A stretch of DNA of 64,000 bases. Origin: Marsupella aquatica (Eukaryota; Plantae; Marchantiophyta). The translations under genes were made by a program, and so were the position numbers. Location of the stretch: assembly GCA_973895155.1 (NCBI GenBank), contig OZ316893.1, positions 16,894,645 through 16,958,644 on the forward strand, read 5' to 3'. Positions within the stretch are counted from its first letter, which is position 1. Every line of letters starts with the position of its first letter. The notes under the pieces were generated by a model. That model saw nothing but the letters and a program-made list of their open reading frames with translations, had not been told where the DNA came from and made no database searches. This document shows positions 38,801 through 51,564 of the stretch, piece by piece.

Positions 38801-39631
38801 CTAATCCCACTCATAGTGTGTGAATAACTCATCGCCAGCTCTAATGGTCCTAGTAGCAAGAACTAAGCAATGGTCCTTATGATATCTCTCACCATATGGT
38901 GCCGACATTGGACCATCAGTAAAAACCCACTCACAATTGGCCCTACGCTTGGGCCGAGTCCCCACAGTACTATTTATGAAGCCAGCAATATTCCCATTAC
39001 GTATGGGGTCACCGTCTATCACTCGCTGTTCACTATACCTTCTAGTGCTACCATCAAAAGTATCCATCTCTAAGGCATATGTTTTCCACTCAGGATGTTG
39101 TGCAAGGATCATGTTCCAGTGTCTTCTCTTGTAGATGGGTCCACCGTATGGGAACAAAGTAGGACCCTCTCTACCACAAACACTTGACCCACTCACATCA
39201 TCCACAATGATGTCCTCACAAGCAAAAACCCCATAGCCATGTCTCTCTCCAAGCGTCGAAGCCTTCACAACCCAACGTCTACCCCAAACCACAACCTCCT
39301 CATCAAAACCGATAAAATATGGCAAGCCAAGAGTTGAGGCATCCCACATCTTGATGATAGAAGCACACTTGCCAGTGAACTCACATATACCCCACCTACC
39401 CTCAACAAGTGTTCTGGATGGGTCAGTGGGCGCTCGTGGCCTCCTCCTGGACTCGGGCCTGGACCGCGGTCTTCGTGTCCCACTAGGCACTTGAGGCTAT
39501 TCCTCTTCTTCCCCATGAATGGTGCTCATCCCTACACCCAAGGCTTGTGAAAGTGCATTTCCTATAGCATCTAGAACCCCTTGTGATGGGACATAGGGTG
39601 GTGGTGTCACCACTCTACGCATGTTGGATCC
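38801..39631 (-). CDS. SET-domain (lysine methyltransferase-like) exon inside CACTA B, one in-frame TAG at 39497-39499
   Basis: SET motifs: STLGERHGYGVFACEDI (motif I), LFPYGG, IDG...NIAGFINS (RFxNHS-like), ANCEW, and ATRTIRAGDELFTHY (ELxxxY). The acceptor TAG at 39634-39632 is in frame with ORF 38801-39490. Confidence 0.85.
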
Positions 39632-39729
39632 CTACTTCATCCAAAAACCCACAAACAACCATAGGTGTAAACATTGGTTCACTTGTAAGAATATGAGGAG
39701 AAAATGGCAAAGCATTGTTACACACTCAC

Positions 39730-39960
39730 CATATGGGATGAAGAAGCCCCCGGAGTAAGACCTCTATGACGGCCATGTCTCTCAATATGTTGAGCACATA
39801 CATAAGTCTTTTGAGAAATTTGGCCCACACATCTGGTGCATTGACAGAGTTGTCGAGGTGGACCACGAGGAGGACCGGTAACCTCAGGTTCAGGAGGAGG
39901 TGGTATATCCTCATCAGAGGAGGAGAAGTCACTGCTGGAAAGTTCTGAGGAGAAAGACAT
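39730..39960 (-). CDS. N-terminal exon of CACTA B TnpD (transposase-associated CxCxxC...HxxxH zinc motif)
   Basis: CQCTRCVG...CAQHIERHG parallels CPCTQCQG...VHLHLLRHE in the CACTA C TnpD. It ends at a phase-0 donor ATG|GTGAGT. Confidence 0.8.
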
Positions 39961-40079
39961 ATCCACTGCAAAATTTAGGGTACAACATGATTAGCATAAT
40001 ATAGGCCAACTAGCAACCTTCTAGGTAACAATTGAAGCCACTCAACCATTCCAAAAATGAGGTCCAAAAATAAGTTTCA

Positions 40080-40790
40080 AGTACATAGAAAATACCTGTA
40101 TGGGACCCGGGCTCAGCAGTGCCTATAGGTCATGTGGCTCAAGGAAAATAAGCCAAATCTGGAAGTAGGAAGAAAAAACTACAGATATAACATGCATTAA
40201 AACAATCATTAGCTACCTTGTTCCAAGTTGTTGGTCCCCAAATATATACATGTACATGCAAAAAAAGAGGTCACACATTAAAAACCCTACAAAGTATATA
40301 TTTTTACCTTGCAGATGCCCGGGCTCCCACAATGCATATGCATTAACATTACTCAAAAGTTGAGGAGGTATTGATGGCCTGCAATGTATCATGTAAGCAT
40401 AGATTTTTCTCCTCATTTGTTAGGATTAACCCAAACAGAGAAAAACTCATTCAATTCCCTCCCTTCAACAACTCTAGAAGAGAACCACTTTAGACCCTTG
40501 GAAAACCCTAAAAATTGTAAACCTCAAATGAAGTATGGAAAATACCTCTATGGAGCTTGGGCTCAATAGTGCCTAATAGTTTTATGGTTCAAAAAACCAT
40601 ATCTAAGAGTAGGAGGGAAAAACTGTCCGCAACTCAAGTTGCAATGCTTCTTTTACCCCAAGTTGTGGGCCCCTAAAAATATATATATATATTTGCCAAA
40701 ATATATATGTCCAATGAAAAACAAAACCACACCAATACATACACCTTGTACCTTTCAGATGCCCAAGCTCCCACAATGCCTATGCATTTG
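40080..40790. repeat. Two diverged ~450-bp direct repeats upstream of the CACTA B coding region
   Basis: AATACCT.TATGG...GCTCA..AGTGCCTA at ~40091 and ~40541; CAGATGCCC..GCTCCCACAATGC.TATGCATT at ~40312 and ~40757. Confidence 0.75.
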
Positions 40791-41039
40791 TCAAAATCCA
40801 CCAAAGTAATGGTCACCCTACATCTTATATATTATGTTCCCCTCCTATGTTAGCATAACATCCAAACACCAACCCCCTCTTACCCTCATAAGTTACCATA
40901 AACCCTAAATGCCAAAGCCGAGGGTCTTACCCTCCTAAATTAACATAATCTGACCCTAAACCCTCACCACTTAAGCCCTCCTATGTTCCTGTAAAGAGCA
41001 AATGCCAAAACCCCTCTTACCCTCCTAAATGACCAAAAC

Positions 41040-41790
41040 TGGGAGGGTCGACGCCCAGCCCCTCCAGGTGTCATCCCTCGTTGGAACGACATTGATTGGG
41101 TCAACCTCCTCTTCTTTGGCTTCTCCTTGCCTCCTTCTCCCTTGCTCGGCTGGCTTCCTTGGTGCCGCCGACCTCGTTCTCTTTGTGGGGGTGGCCTCTT
41201 CGTTGTTGGGCCCCTTCCTCTTCATGGCGGCTGCTGTGGACGTTTCTCCAAGCATGGTTGCCTTTGTTCACGCCTCCGTGCTACCCTTTAGGTCCCAATG
41301 TATGTCATTGCAACGGTTGATGGCTTCTCTGATGCCGACGGTTCTGTTCACACATAACAGAAGGTCGTCAAGCTGATTGGCAGTAGGAGTCCACAAGAAC
41401 TCGGCCTTGATGAGCTCTCCTCCTAGGAAGGCAGACTTCAGCTCCCATAGTCAAGCGAGCTCTTGCCGTTCTCGTGCTGCCCTTTCTGATTCCTCATCCT
41501 CATAGGTCCCAATGTACTCAGTTGCCCATTTGAACAGGCATCCCCAGAAATGAGCAACTTGATTGACATTGCTCATGCCCACCTTGAGTCGATGCTCGGT
41601 ATCTGCTCTCGCCCAAAGTGCTTGCCTAAGCAGCTGACAGTCATTGGCTTCTTGCATCCTCTGCTTGGTCAATGCTCGCAAATGAGCCGCCATTCCTTGT
41701 GAACGATCCTTACCCCCCTGCCTGGTTGATCTTCCCATTGGTTACCCATAGCCGCCGGCACTTAGCGCGCCCTAACCCTAATCGCGTTCC
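41040..41790 (-). pseudogene. Copy 1 of a retrotransposon accessory-type ORF, left arm of a head-to-head inverted duplication
   Basis: The peptide KVGMSNVNQVAHFWGCLFKWATEYIGTY is shared with 42000-42266 (+). Confidence 0.7.
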
Positions 41791-41964
41791 TTGCCGTAGC
41801 GCCCTTACTTTTGGCCTTGGCTAGGGTTCCATAGTCACCCTTGATTGTTTATATTTTCCTTTTTTTGTTATTATACTAATGTGTTTTCAGGGTACACTCC
41901 CGGTTTTACCACTTTAACTGGCCTAGTGATTCCTGGCTAGGCATCACAACAGGCAACCACAGGG

Positions 41965-44900
41965 CACAATTAGGGTTAGGGTACGCTAAGTACAGGTGGT
42001 TGTGGGTGATCAACAAACAGTCAGGCAACGGCAGCCAGGAGGGGGGTAAGGACTATTCACCAAGGGTGGCGGCTCATTTTCAAGCACTGATCAAGCAGAG
42101 GATTGTAACGATTGTCAACTGCTTAGACAAACACTCTGGCAAAAGCAGATACAAGGTGGGAATGAGCAACGTCAACCAAGCCGCACATTTTTGGGGATGC
42201 CTATTTGAACGGGAAACTGAGTACATTGGGACATACAAGGAGGAGGAGAGAGCAGCCCAAAAATGATAGGAGCTTGCTCGGCTGTGGGAACTCTAGAAGT
42301 TTGCCTTCCTCAGAGGAGAGCTCACCAAGGCTGAGTTCTTGTGGACGCCTACTGCTGACCAGCTCGACGACCTCCTGTTTTGTAAGAACAGAATTGTCAA
42401 CATCCGGGAGGCCATCAACCGCTGCAATGACAAACATTGGGACTTAAAAGGGTTGCACTAAGGCGCGGACAAAAGCAATAGTGCTAGGAGAATTGTCAGG
42501 AGCGGCCAAAATGAAGAGGAAGATGACCAACAACAAAGAAGCCACACCGGCCAAGAGAACAAGATTGGCGGCATCTAGAAAGCCGACCGAGCAGGGAAAC
42601 CCAAGATAGGAGGAGGCCGAGGAACCCGATGTATCAAACACTTGTCAAGGAGCTTAAGTGACTTTTCTCCTAAAAAACTACCTAATACCTGCTCCATGTC
42701 ATACCAGGGTCACAAAGGATTGACAAAACTTATGAAATGTGCTTGCAAGTTCTGATCAGACCATATATAAGTAGTTTCAACTCTCTACTTCTAGAGAGGT
42801 AGTCCCCGCAACTACTTTTGGACTCACCCACCTCCTCTCTCTACTCCAAGGAGTAGCAAGGGGGATATCCATTCTAAGCTATCACCTTAGAGTAGACCCT
42901 CACAAAACACCCAAGAACCCAAAGTACTTTCCTCTTCAAGCTTAAGCCCCCCTTAGACCCTCAAAGTAGTGTTACCCTTTAACCTTGCCCCCTAGCCTTG
43001 ATTTGGGCCCACACTTCCCCTATTAGCTCTTAGAGATAACTCTTCTCTCTAAGGACTCTTCATCTTGTTCTCACACAAGGCAAGGTACTTTCCACCCTCA
43101 AGAATGATACAATCTTCTCTAAGTCCCAAAGTAGTGCTCCACCTTAACCTTGCCTCCCTGGCCTTGGTTGTGTACCAGCACATCCCCTTCAAGCTTAGAC
43201 CAAGATTGTACCCTAACATGGACTCTTCTCTTGCCCTTATACACTTCAAATTCCCTCACACTTAATGGTCACAATGAAGATTGAGAAGACTCTTGTCATT
43301 GCATACTCAATCCTTACAACAAAAGATCTTCTACAAAATCCTCACACTAAGTATGGACCTCACCTCCTTCTCAAGCTTAGCCCCAACTTAGCAAGGTAGA
43401 GCCTCTACTTTGAGAACTTTGAATTCTGGTCCCTAACAAAGGTAAACTTCCTCATTATATACTATTCTCCTTCCACACCACACCAAGCTTGACCTGGGGT
43501 CCAACTATACCTCCCCAAGTCCTCATAACACACAAAGTCCAACTCTATAGTTCATAGCCCACTCTACAACCTGTTGTTTTGACTCCTTCCAAGCCCTGGA
43601 ACATGCCACACATGATTTGCATGTTTTGACCTCCAAACCTGCTTTCACTTATGGTTCTCCTTACCAGCTTTCCAATTCACTTGAAAGCTCGCAAAAAGAG
43701 TGAGTGAATCTCAAGTTATGCCTAGTCAAAGTTGACCTTATTTTACTTATAACCCTTTTACTACCCTAAGTAAACTACCCCATATACTTACTTCTCTTAA
43801 CTTGATGGACTTACCTAGAGCCTAACTAAAGTGGTATGGGTGCGAGAAAGGTCAGTCCCTAAATCTGGTGTTCATTCCTCTATGTTGGCTCCGATTTGCA
43901 AGATATTGGGACCCCCTCTTGGCCTTGGCTAAAAATATATTTGGGTGGTTCTTTTTCTGGGTTTCCACCTTCACCAAGGGGTGCCTCACCTTCCCCTAAC
44001 TCAGCACAAAATATTTGGGCCCCGACAAATACCCCTAGCCCAAGTTATGTCCGTTTTCCCAAGGTCTTTATTTGTGAGTAAGTAACCTTCCGGTTTTTGT
44101 TTTAACCAGGTCCGACTGAGCTTGGGTTAACCCAAGCCTAGGTTAACTTAAGTAGATGCTATGTGTCAGGATGGGAGGACTCCAAGATTTACTCACGTTT
44201 CTTATGAAGAATTTGATAAGGACATCAATTTTTGTAGTCATTTTCCTGTCTTGAATTCAATCTGAAATGGCAACATTCTCTATTGGATTCAAATGGCAGC
44301 AGGTCAATCGATAGCTCAGCCAGGTTTGCAGCAGCCTTCTCAATCCACCTCAAGCCATCCAGCCTTGCAGGTGATTCAAAATTGCAGCAGAATTTTGCAG
44401 TAGCCATAGCCCACCAATTCGCAGCTAGCCCTCTTTCTTCCTTGCAGCTGGTCCTTACTGATTCACTATTACATTCAATCAATTTGCCAACAGCCTAGCT
44501 CTATTCTCCAGCAGCCAGCCATAGCTTGCCCTTCTCAATGTCGTAGCTAGCAGAGCAACAACACTATTGAGCTTGCAACATGCTTACTAATTAGTTAGCC
44601 ATCCCTTTTTTTTGCAACTCAGCCAGCACTTAGCATCTCGCGCTTGAAGCTAGCCCTCTAATTCTTGTGCAGTAGCCAGTCTGATCAGCCGCCAGCCCTT
44701 CAATTTCGTAACCCACCATAGCTCACAGCCAGCCAGCCAACTCTTGATCAACAATAGTCCATTTTCTCCATAGCAAGTAGCTCAATTCCAATCAGCAGCA
44801 TCAAGGCAACCAGCCAAGTCTGATCAGCAGCATGTAGCCAGGTCAATTCAAGCGGCTCTTCCTTCAATTCAGTCGCCCTTGTGCTCAATTGGCACCTCAA

Positions 44901-46260
44901 GCAACACGCAACATCTTTGGACAGCCTCCTTGTGTTTGACTTTCTCACCGACCTCTTGCTTGAGTCGTGGCTTATATTGTGCATCGTCGTTCCAACACTT
45001 AGAAAAAATTTCTGGATTTATTTTTGGAAAAAACAGCCTTCCCTAGCTGTTTTGGACAGCCCCCAAAAATCATCCATGAGTCCAAAATAACTTTTGAGTA
45101 GATCCACATATTCCCTGGACATAGGACTATGTCCTGGTTTACTAAGATTTAAACAAAACCCTATAATTAATTTTATATAATTAGGTAAATAGGGTTAATT
45201 CTTATGTTTTCCAAAATTCTTCTCAACTTCGAGATGCTCCCAAAAAGTAAGCAAAGGTAACCAAGTACTCCCACAAGTTTCCAGGGATAGAAGGGTCACT
45301 AGTAAACTTATATTTTGACTTATTCCCTAATGTTTTTCCCATTAGCTATTTTTCCCAGGACCCGCTATTTTATTAATGTAAGTCCCACCAAAACACAAGG
45401 AAACCCTAGGTTGAGACCCCACTTGACGTCATACTTCACAAGGGTGCTCTAAGGACCTCCTAGCATCTATGGGAAAAATCTTTAACCAAAACTAAGACTT
45501 CAAGTATCGGGTCATTTTCCGGCCCAATTTAGTCACCTATTCTAACTAAGGACAGAACATTTGCTGCCCTACCATAAAGACCTCACTATCCTTTACACTT
45601 TCTTAGAACAACATATCTTCTTCCTTACATTATTTCCTACTAGCCTTCCCTAGATACTTAGGGTTGCAAACACTAAATACTTTGCTAACACTAAAACGTC
45701 TTTCTTACTATCACTTGTTCAAAAACCAAAAAAATGACAAATTTCTTACATAAACCTATATCAAGCCATTCCATGCAAGGTCAACCCAGTCAACGCCATC
45801 CCTACAAGGGATGATACATGGAAGGGTTGGGCGACGGTCACACCGCAAGCGGTGCAGTTATATTTTGCACGAGAAGAGGATGCATGTTTTACAGCCATGC
45901 AGTCCCAAAAGTACCAAGGCTTCATGGCCGGATCTGGCTTGGAGACCTTTGTTAGATTATCGTGGCTGAAACCGGAGGTGCCGGAATCAGACTTGCTGGA
46001 ATTCGTGGGATCATGGGATCACGAGGCAAATGCAACCAGGGTATATGGGAGGGAATTCTATCTCACTCCCAAGGTGATTGCCAAAGTATTTGGCTTGCTG
46101 ATAGGCAATAAGACCAAGGTAGACACCCAAAAGAACTTGTCAGATAAGGAGTTTAGGTTGTTTCCCGGGCCATCAACAAAGAATGGCTTCTTCCGGAACA
46201 CCTGCACCAACCCGCACATTGGAGAAATGATTGATTTCTTGCGGGTGACAATGCACTGCA
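41965..46260 (+). pseudogene. Copy 2 of the same ORF, split by a 3.15-kb insert, with a plant-transposon-protein-like domain at 45852-46260
   Basis: EEAEEPD (ends 42630) joins VNPVNAIPTRDDTWKGW (starts 45780), colinear with copy 1. GLETFVRLSW...LLEFVGSWD...TRVYGREFYLTPKVIAKVFGL resembles the domain at 50261-50842. Confidence 0.65.
42631..45779. mobile_element. 3.15-kb insert of degenerate, probably LTR-retrotransposon-derived sequence
   Basis: Defined by the interruption of the flanking ORF. No TSD and no intact domain were seen. Confidence 0.45.
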
Positions 46261-47223
46261 ATTTATCTAATATTAACTAACTCTGAAGATTCTTTTGTCC
46301 AAAGTTGAAGGATGAAATTTCCAAAACATTCATTTCAAAATTCCAAAAAGGTGATCTGAAATTTCCAAAACTCAAAATTGAAGTTTCCAAAAGCATACTT
46401 TTAAATTTCCAAAACCTAGTCCATTGGATGAATTACGAAAGGCAATGAAAAAAGGACTCCTTCGAATGAATGACTGAAATTACATCTTTATAATAAATGG
46501 GACACTAACGGTGGTGCCGTACATATAATTTGATATCCCTTCTCCATGGGACTTCATTGTTGGGTTGTTTGCTAACTACAACACCGTCTTCCGCTAAAGT
46601 GACTACAAAGTTGAATCTCAACCTTGGCCAACACATATTTGACTAGACAACTACACTAATCATATCAAGAATATTTGTGAACTAACAAATGAAGGATAGC
46701 TTTGTCATAGACACCCATTTCTCCTCTTCGCTCTCTTGGGCCCCTGCCGCCCTTGCCCTCTATCCTAAACTCCGTCCATCTTCCAAAACCCCTGCCGAAG
46801 CCTCCCCTCTCCCCTTCGCATTCCGCCATAGTCCAATTGTGTCCGCCTTCAAGCTGAAATGACTCCTCTTCTCCTCTCCTATGCTACTGGGCCAAACCGA
46901 AAGGAATGATTCCAGGGTTGCGCATTGCCCTTTACCCCTCCCTCCCCATGGGGCTAGTTCTAATCTATATGAAACATATTCACTAAATTATATCCCTAAT
47001 ATGAACTACTATGTCCTACCTACTCTTTACTCTAACCTTGAGTTGAGTGTAGAACTCTACAGAATTTTGATGTTTGTCTGTGAACTTTGTTGACTACTTT
47101 CACAAACTCCCTAAAATTTGTGGCCTTTTGCACATTGATTAGTTTCATGCTGAGTGAAGTCTTCCTTACGCGACATCCACAATATGATCTCTATGTGCCA
47201 AGGAGTAAGTTCTAAAGTTGTCA

Positions 47224-48043
47224 GTTTTTTTGTTTGTTTTTTATTGAAACCCGCAAAAACCCACGAGAAGGGGGGCCCAACAGGGCAACATAAACATGGG
47301 CAGCATAGTGCAACCTAGGTGAGACCAAAATGAGCACACAAGTGCAAAGGCACAAAGAAGTGTTCCTAGCCAACTAAAGTAGAATGCATAAGCAAGTATT
47401 GCTTCAACTAGAAAGCCATGCATCCGGATGAGTGACCCACCTAAGACGTTCCTGACTGACTAATTCTTTGACTTGCAGTAATCTAGTATGTTTTCTACTA
47501 GGACCCGAGGCTTCACAAAGGCCATGCAAGGAGTCTAACATATCTGAAAGGAGTAGATTCAGATTAAACCTTCTACTGTTGACACGATTAAAGAGCTGCT
47601 CATTCTGTGCCAGCCAGAGAGTCCACAGCACGTGGTAAACCACAAAGACCCAAATGGTTCTCTCAATTTTGGTGCAACCAGTGACTTCCAAGACAGAGAA
47701 TAAATTCAAATGTCTCCAAGAAGTGACACCCGGAAAAGTCCACCCAGCCAGCTGCCAGCACCTCTTAGCGAAGGGACATGTGAAGAAAAGATGAGGAATT
47801 GTTTCAAGAACATTGGTGCACAGTAGGCAGCTTCCATCTCCTTTACCAATCTTTCTAGCTCGTGTTCTAGTGAATAACCCTTGAGCAGCTAATCTCCAAA
47901 GGAATAAGCGGCCTTTTAACGGTAAATCAGATGACCATTAAGCATTCCAGAATTTGTTCCATTCAAGGTCAGAAAAAGAAATGCTCCAAATCCCGTTAAG
48001 CCTCAAAGAATCAGAGCCTTTCGGTCAAATCAGATGATACATA
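47224..48043 (-). mobile_element. 3' end of an L1-type LINE (zf-RVT region, polyA-like tail), cut by a CACTA insertion
   Basis: Translates to CLLCTNVLETIPHLFFTCPFAKRCW (CCHC) and VLWTLWLAQNEQLF. An AATAAA plus A-rich tail lies on the minus strand at ~47224-47245. Confidence 0.85.
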
Positions 48044-48979
48044 CACTAGTAGAAAATGGGGCCTTTTATGACTATGACTGTCACGTCGTCGGCTTCGGCC
48101 TTAACTCAGACTTCAGCTTAGACGGGCACATCCCTCGTAAATCTGAGGGTTCGGGCAGGAAGGGAAGCACATAATGCACCTTATTCTCGTAAACTAGCGC
48201 TAAGTGCGCATACTGCTAAATACGGACACCTCCTAGGTATGGTTTGTGTTCCGCCGCCGGAACGTACCTTAGTTGATAGCAGGATCGACCCCGGCTTAAG
48301 GGCTTCTAAGCCTTCGTGCTGTCCGCCTTCGATCCGGATTCGATGATACAGGTCCTCAACCCGTGCTCGCAACCACTTATCCGTAGGCTGCAGCCTGTGC
48401 ATGTCTCGGGTAGTGCGTTTTGCCTGGCGCTGCCACCCATATACGAGAAACCCACACACATACACGCGCACATGCATACAATCTCGATTTACACGAAGGA
48501 AAATGATGGGAAAGGATTTTACTACAAAGGGAACATATGCGTACACTTAGTTGACCCGACAGCCCCGGAATGAACAGGTTCAAGGCCGAGGGTGCACACT
48601 ACAACGAAGCCCGGCTCCGCACTCGCCCGACGAGCTTAGTCCTACCCCCCCCCTTGGTACTCTTTCATTCCCAGAGGTTGGGACTCCCCGCATATACCGC
48701 GGACGTCCAACTCTGAAACTAAAAACAACCCCCCCTTGCCTCTACCGAGGGGTGCACTAAATACTAAGGGCCGAGGGACGGGGTGTCCTCTCGCCAAAGA
48801 TTCGCTGACTAAGGTCCTAACTAAGCTGACAGTCAGGCCGGAAAATGGCTGTGTCTTATTAGAAGATCCTAATCTACGCAGGCTAGACAGCATGGCAGCG
48901 CTGGTGTACCTAAGGCAGGTGCCTGTCCCAAGAGCCTGACTAAGCTAGTCCTAATCCTAATCTATTCCTACTCCGCTGC

Positions 48980-51564
48980 TAATGCCTGGCACGCTTGCCA
49001 GAGCCGCCCGAATGGGAGCGGCCATCCCGCTGCCTTCGAAGCCTGTCATTGTCCACCTTGAGGAGCTGGACCTGGTCCAGCAGAGATTCATTCTCTCGCC
49101 TCGCCGCGTCCATCTCCTCTGCTGCCTCTTGACATGCCTCCTCCAGCTGCTGGGCGTCGCTTGTCAGTTTACCCGGCAGCTGGTCCTACTTCTCGGCCTC
49201 GGTTTGGAGCCGTGCCACCTCGGCCTGCAGCGTGGCTATCTCCGTCGTGTCCCGCTGGGCCCGTTCCTCGGCCTCCTCCAGGTCTTTGTGCTAGGTGACA
49301 GTTTGATTCTTCAAACTGTCAATCTGGTTCCGGAGTCGTGTAATCTCGGCCTCGTTCCCAGCTTTGGCCTGTTCGGCTAGGGCGGTAAGAGCGTGCGCCT
49401 TTGCTAACAACTCATCGGCGGCTGCAACCTTGGGTTGTAGTTGCACAAGCTCAGCCTCTTGAGCCGCAACTTTGTTCTTTAGGTACACGGACTCCACCCG
49501 GTACCGCTCTATCCTCTGAAGGGCCTCTGACTGGGCCCGACCTACCTTTACTGCGGCAACCAACTCCTGATTGAAGAAACAGGCTACCTTCCCGGGCCAT
49601 GAACTCCCCGGTATCCCGGGCAATTTGATGAGAGAAATCTCCCATAAGCCCGTTCAGAAATGTACCCGGTACGAAGAGTTCCGGGTGGTCCAGGTTGTGT
49701 CTGTCCAGAGTTGGGCACGGGCAGACGTCAACACGCGCGGGGGCCGGGGCAGTGACGTCCAGCCCTGGGGACGTAATGTTGGAAGGGGCTGGAGTGTCCT
49801 CCTGCAGCAATGTCCGATTCTCTGGAATAGCCACCGGTGGGTCTTTGGGAGACCCGGGCTCGGGTAAGACCTTCGCCGTACCAACTTCTGTACTTAGCCC
49901 GGCTTGTTGGGTCGCATCAACAGTTCCGACAACCGACCCATCCGGTACCTCCTCGGTTACGACTACAGCTACTTGTGGAGGTGGGGTGGGTGAAGCTGGC
50001 GTGTCCGCTGGACTCCGGGCCTCGGGTTGGGGCCGTCTCTCCAAGGCCGGGAAAACCCACCTAGCTAGGACCAGCTTTGTAACGTTGACACGGGGAAGGG
50101 TTCGTCGATCAAACCGGGCGTACCACTCAAGAATGATCTCGATGTGGCTAGCGAAATATGCCTTCCCGCCAATGTACAACGTCTTCCTTCGCCGCTCCAT
50201 CTCTTCATGGAATTTCTTAGCGAAGTACGACGCCCACTTCCTAGGTCGATAGTTCTCGACCTAGATAACCTGGGCGGCGGAGATCTCCCCCCGGGGTTCC
50301 ATCATGTGGAGGGCGTACCTCTGGAACTCCAGTCGCTCAGCTATCTCAGGGATGAGGCAGGTCCTCATCACGAACCCGTTGTCCACTGCTCCCTCTGAGG
50401 GAAAACTTGAAGATTGGTACTTGGCTCCCTTGCCCCCGGGAGCCCATGATTCGACTCGATGGTCACCTTCGGGTAACCCAAAGATCATCCTGAGCCGTTC
50501 TTCCGTGAGGGACATACTCCTTCCCCGCAGCCGAGTATGTTGACGCGTGTCGTCATAATTCCTGACGAACTCCGTCATGTCCTCCCCGTAGTACCTGCAA
50601 GTGTTCCAGGGGAGGGAGGCGAGGTGCTCGAATCCCTGAGTCTTCAGGTACACCGCATGTTTGGGATGGAGGATGTTTTTGTGAACGTTTTCCCCCATGC
50701 GGTGCATCGTCACCTTGGCTACGGCTACTGTGGCCAACGGTAACCCGGATGCAGTGGCGGATTCCTTCCTCTTCTTCCCCCGTGACTGGCTCGGGGAAGG
50801 TGACACTTCCCCATCCTCCCGATCGGGCCTGGGTAGTGCCACTGCCGTTAGTACAGGCCCGGGGCGGCCACGGTCACCATGTTGTCTGCCGGGGCCGCTC
50901 CTGGGGTCAGAGCAGGGGGTGGGGACAATATAGTGTCGGCCCCCTGAGCGCTTGTTCCTCTGGGCCGCCTGGTCAAGGGTGGGGTAGCCTCGTCGTCATC
51001 GCTAAGATCCACAGCATTGATGACGGAGCGTACTTGTGCTGGCTGGGCGATTGGTGGTGGGGTTTGGCTAGGCTGCGGCTGAGGCTGAAGCTGAGCCTGA
51101 GGTTGAGCCTGAGGTTGCATGGGTACAGGTACGGGTACGAGTACGGGTTCGACTGAGTTGGTCATGTTGGTTGATGGCCGAGTTCCCATGAAGCTCTGTA
51201 GGTGCTCGTAGAAGTTCTCCAAAGCGAGTGCAGACAACCTTGTCAAACGGGTAGTGCTGGACTCGCTGTTGATGATAGCCCGAACCTGAGCAGGGATGTG
51301 GTCGAAGTGATGTCGTTGCAAGTCGATCGTACCCGGGATATTGAAGACCTTGTCCGGAAGCCGAAGCAATGCTTCCCAGAAACCGATATATTTGTCTCCG
51401 TTGAAGAAGTACCCAGATACCTCTATTGGTTGGTAAAGCTCGCTCTGAGACGGGTAGTCAAAGTTAAGGATGTAGTGGTGTCGTCCTGCTAGGCGGATGG
51501 CTCTCTCGTACTCGCGTTGGATTTCGTATCGGCGCGGGTTGGCGTGTTTCAATGAGTCGGCCAA
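48980..51564 (-). pseudogene. Long degenerate ORF (~850 codons) inside the solo LTR: plant-transposon-protein-like domain plus C-terminal coiled coil
   Basis: ORFs 50848-51564, 50261-50842, 49451-50200 and 49291-49623 are linked by frameshifts or TAG stops. They include GFEHLASLPW...MTEFVRNYD...RLRGRSMSLTEERLRMIFGLPEG and heptad-rich EAEITRLRNQIDSLKNQ. Confidence 0.75.

Larger units (their letters stand above)
13479..40800 (-). mobile_element. CACTA element B (outer): one TIR visible, minus-strand TnpD and SET exon, split by CACTA C
   Basis: TIR CACTACTACATATTTGGCC at 13479 preceded by ATA, and TTGCGA/TCGCAA subterminal repeats at 13500-14030. TnpD continues across the CACTA C insertion. The far end was not found, so the right coordinate is approximate. 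Confidence 0.8.

Noticed and set aside
13476-48043. Pairing the CACTA ends at 13479 and 48044 because both are preceded by ATA
   Set aside because: Both are left-type ends in the same orientation, with different TIRs and subterminal repeats.
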